Made by a program: the position numbers and the translations under genes
The notes under the pieces: model-generated
What the model was told of the DNA's origin: nothing
What the model saw: the letters and a program-made list of their open reading frames with translations, nothing else
The model's database searches: none
NCBI RefSeq assembly: GCF_009914755.1
Contig: NC_060933.1
DNA: 64,000 nucleotides
Strand: one strand, 5' to 3'
Origin: the human T2T-CHM13v2.0 reference genome, Homo sapiens
In this document: piece after piece, positions 63,300 to 64,000 of the stretch
Position numbering within the stretch: position 1 is the first letter of the stretch
Layout: each line of letters begins with the position of its first letter

Positions 63300-63700
63300 A
63301 GTGTCAAGATTCAAGGAAAAACCACCCCAGAGCCCCAGCTCCCAGCATAATGAGGTTCACATCCATGGTATGGCAAGAGCTGCTGTGAAATCACCTAAGG
63401 GTCTTAGTTGACCACAAGCTGAAATGAAGACTTCACGGCTAAACAGAGATACGGTCTCAGGCTGCACAAAGAAAATTAGGTTTTCTCAGAAGCTGAGAGG
63501 GGTGGCACTTACACTCTAGCTGGAGAGAACTGCTATCCTCCTCCATCTCAAGAAATGTCCTCTGTTTCTTGCTCTACATTTTGTAAAGGACATTAACAAA
63601 CCATCATTGGGCATTGGCAGTATTCAGTAAACAGCTCCTGTCCCAGGGATGGAGGGAGGTGGTTCAGAGATGAGACCAAAACCAGCAGGAAACAGTCATC
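63300..63700 (+). mobile_element. L3/CR1 LINE fragment
   Basis: gggtcttagttgaccacaagctgaa, ctcaggctgcacaaagaaaa, acattttgtaaaggacattaacaaac. Confidence 0.6.
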
Positions 63701-64000
63701 TCAAGACCAGAGGGCAGAGCCGAGGTGACCCACCTGCGGACGAGCTGCTACAGGGCCCCTCTGGTCTGTAGTCCAGATCCGTGCTCTTTCAGCCTAGAGA
63801 CTCCAAGGATGGACCCAGGCCCATAGTGTCGTCGAGCTCTACTTTAAGGTGTCAGGAGCCCAGGTTCCAGAGAGGATACTGAGGCCAAGAGGGCGTGGGA
63901 GCCATAGAACTGGGTGCACAGTGATGATATCTTGGTGACAAGTGGCAGAAACCAAATGCAAACCAAAAATAAAGAGAAGCGCATTCGCTCAATTAAGTGG

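Overview
This window is non-coding primate (very likely human) genomic DNA, identified by AluY/AluS/AluJ, LTR12, THE1, MST and Tigger2 elements. I find no supportable protein-coding gene, RNA gene or CRISPR array. The ORF track consists of chance GC-rich ORFs and decayed repeat frames. Layout: (i) 1-4.6 kb old L1; (ii) 4.6-21 kb GC-rich DNA with MIR/L2 relics, an orphan CpG island (~8.8-9.4 kb), a solo LTR12 and candidate enhancers; (iii) 21-41 kb a dense nest of L1MB, MST, MLT1, ERV1 LTR, LTR12C, Alu and Tigger2 elements; (iv) 41-64 kb GC-rich unique DNA with several AT-rich islands carrying PBX-HOX/MEIS/POU/FOX motifs. Best observations: (1) an ~880-bp chimeric block (tail-less Alu piece + THE1 LTR + unique DNA) captured inside a younger LTR12C without a TSD; (2) an inversion plus 89-bp inverted duplication through an MST element that has TSDs but only one LTR; (3) a dispersed set of repeat-free islands sharing TALE-HOX grammar, one with a three-motif module repeated in the same order, suggesting the enhancer landscape of a developmental regulator outside the window. 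Repeat subfamily names come from recalled consensus sequences and were not computed. Boundaries without TSDs are approximate. I could not identify the locus.
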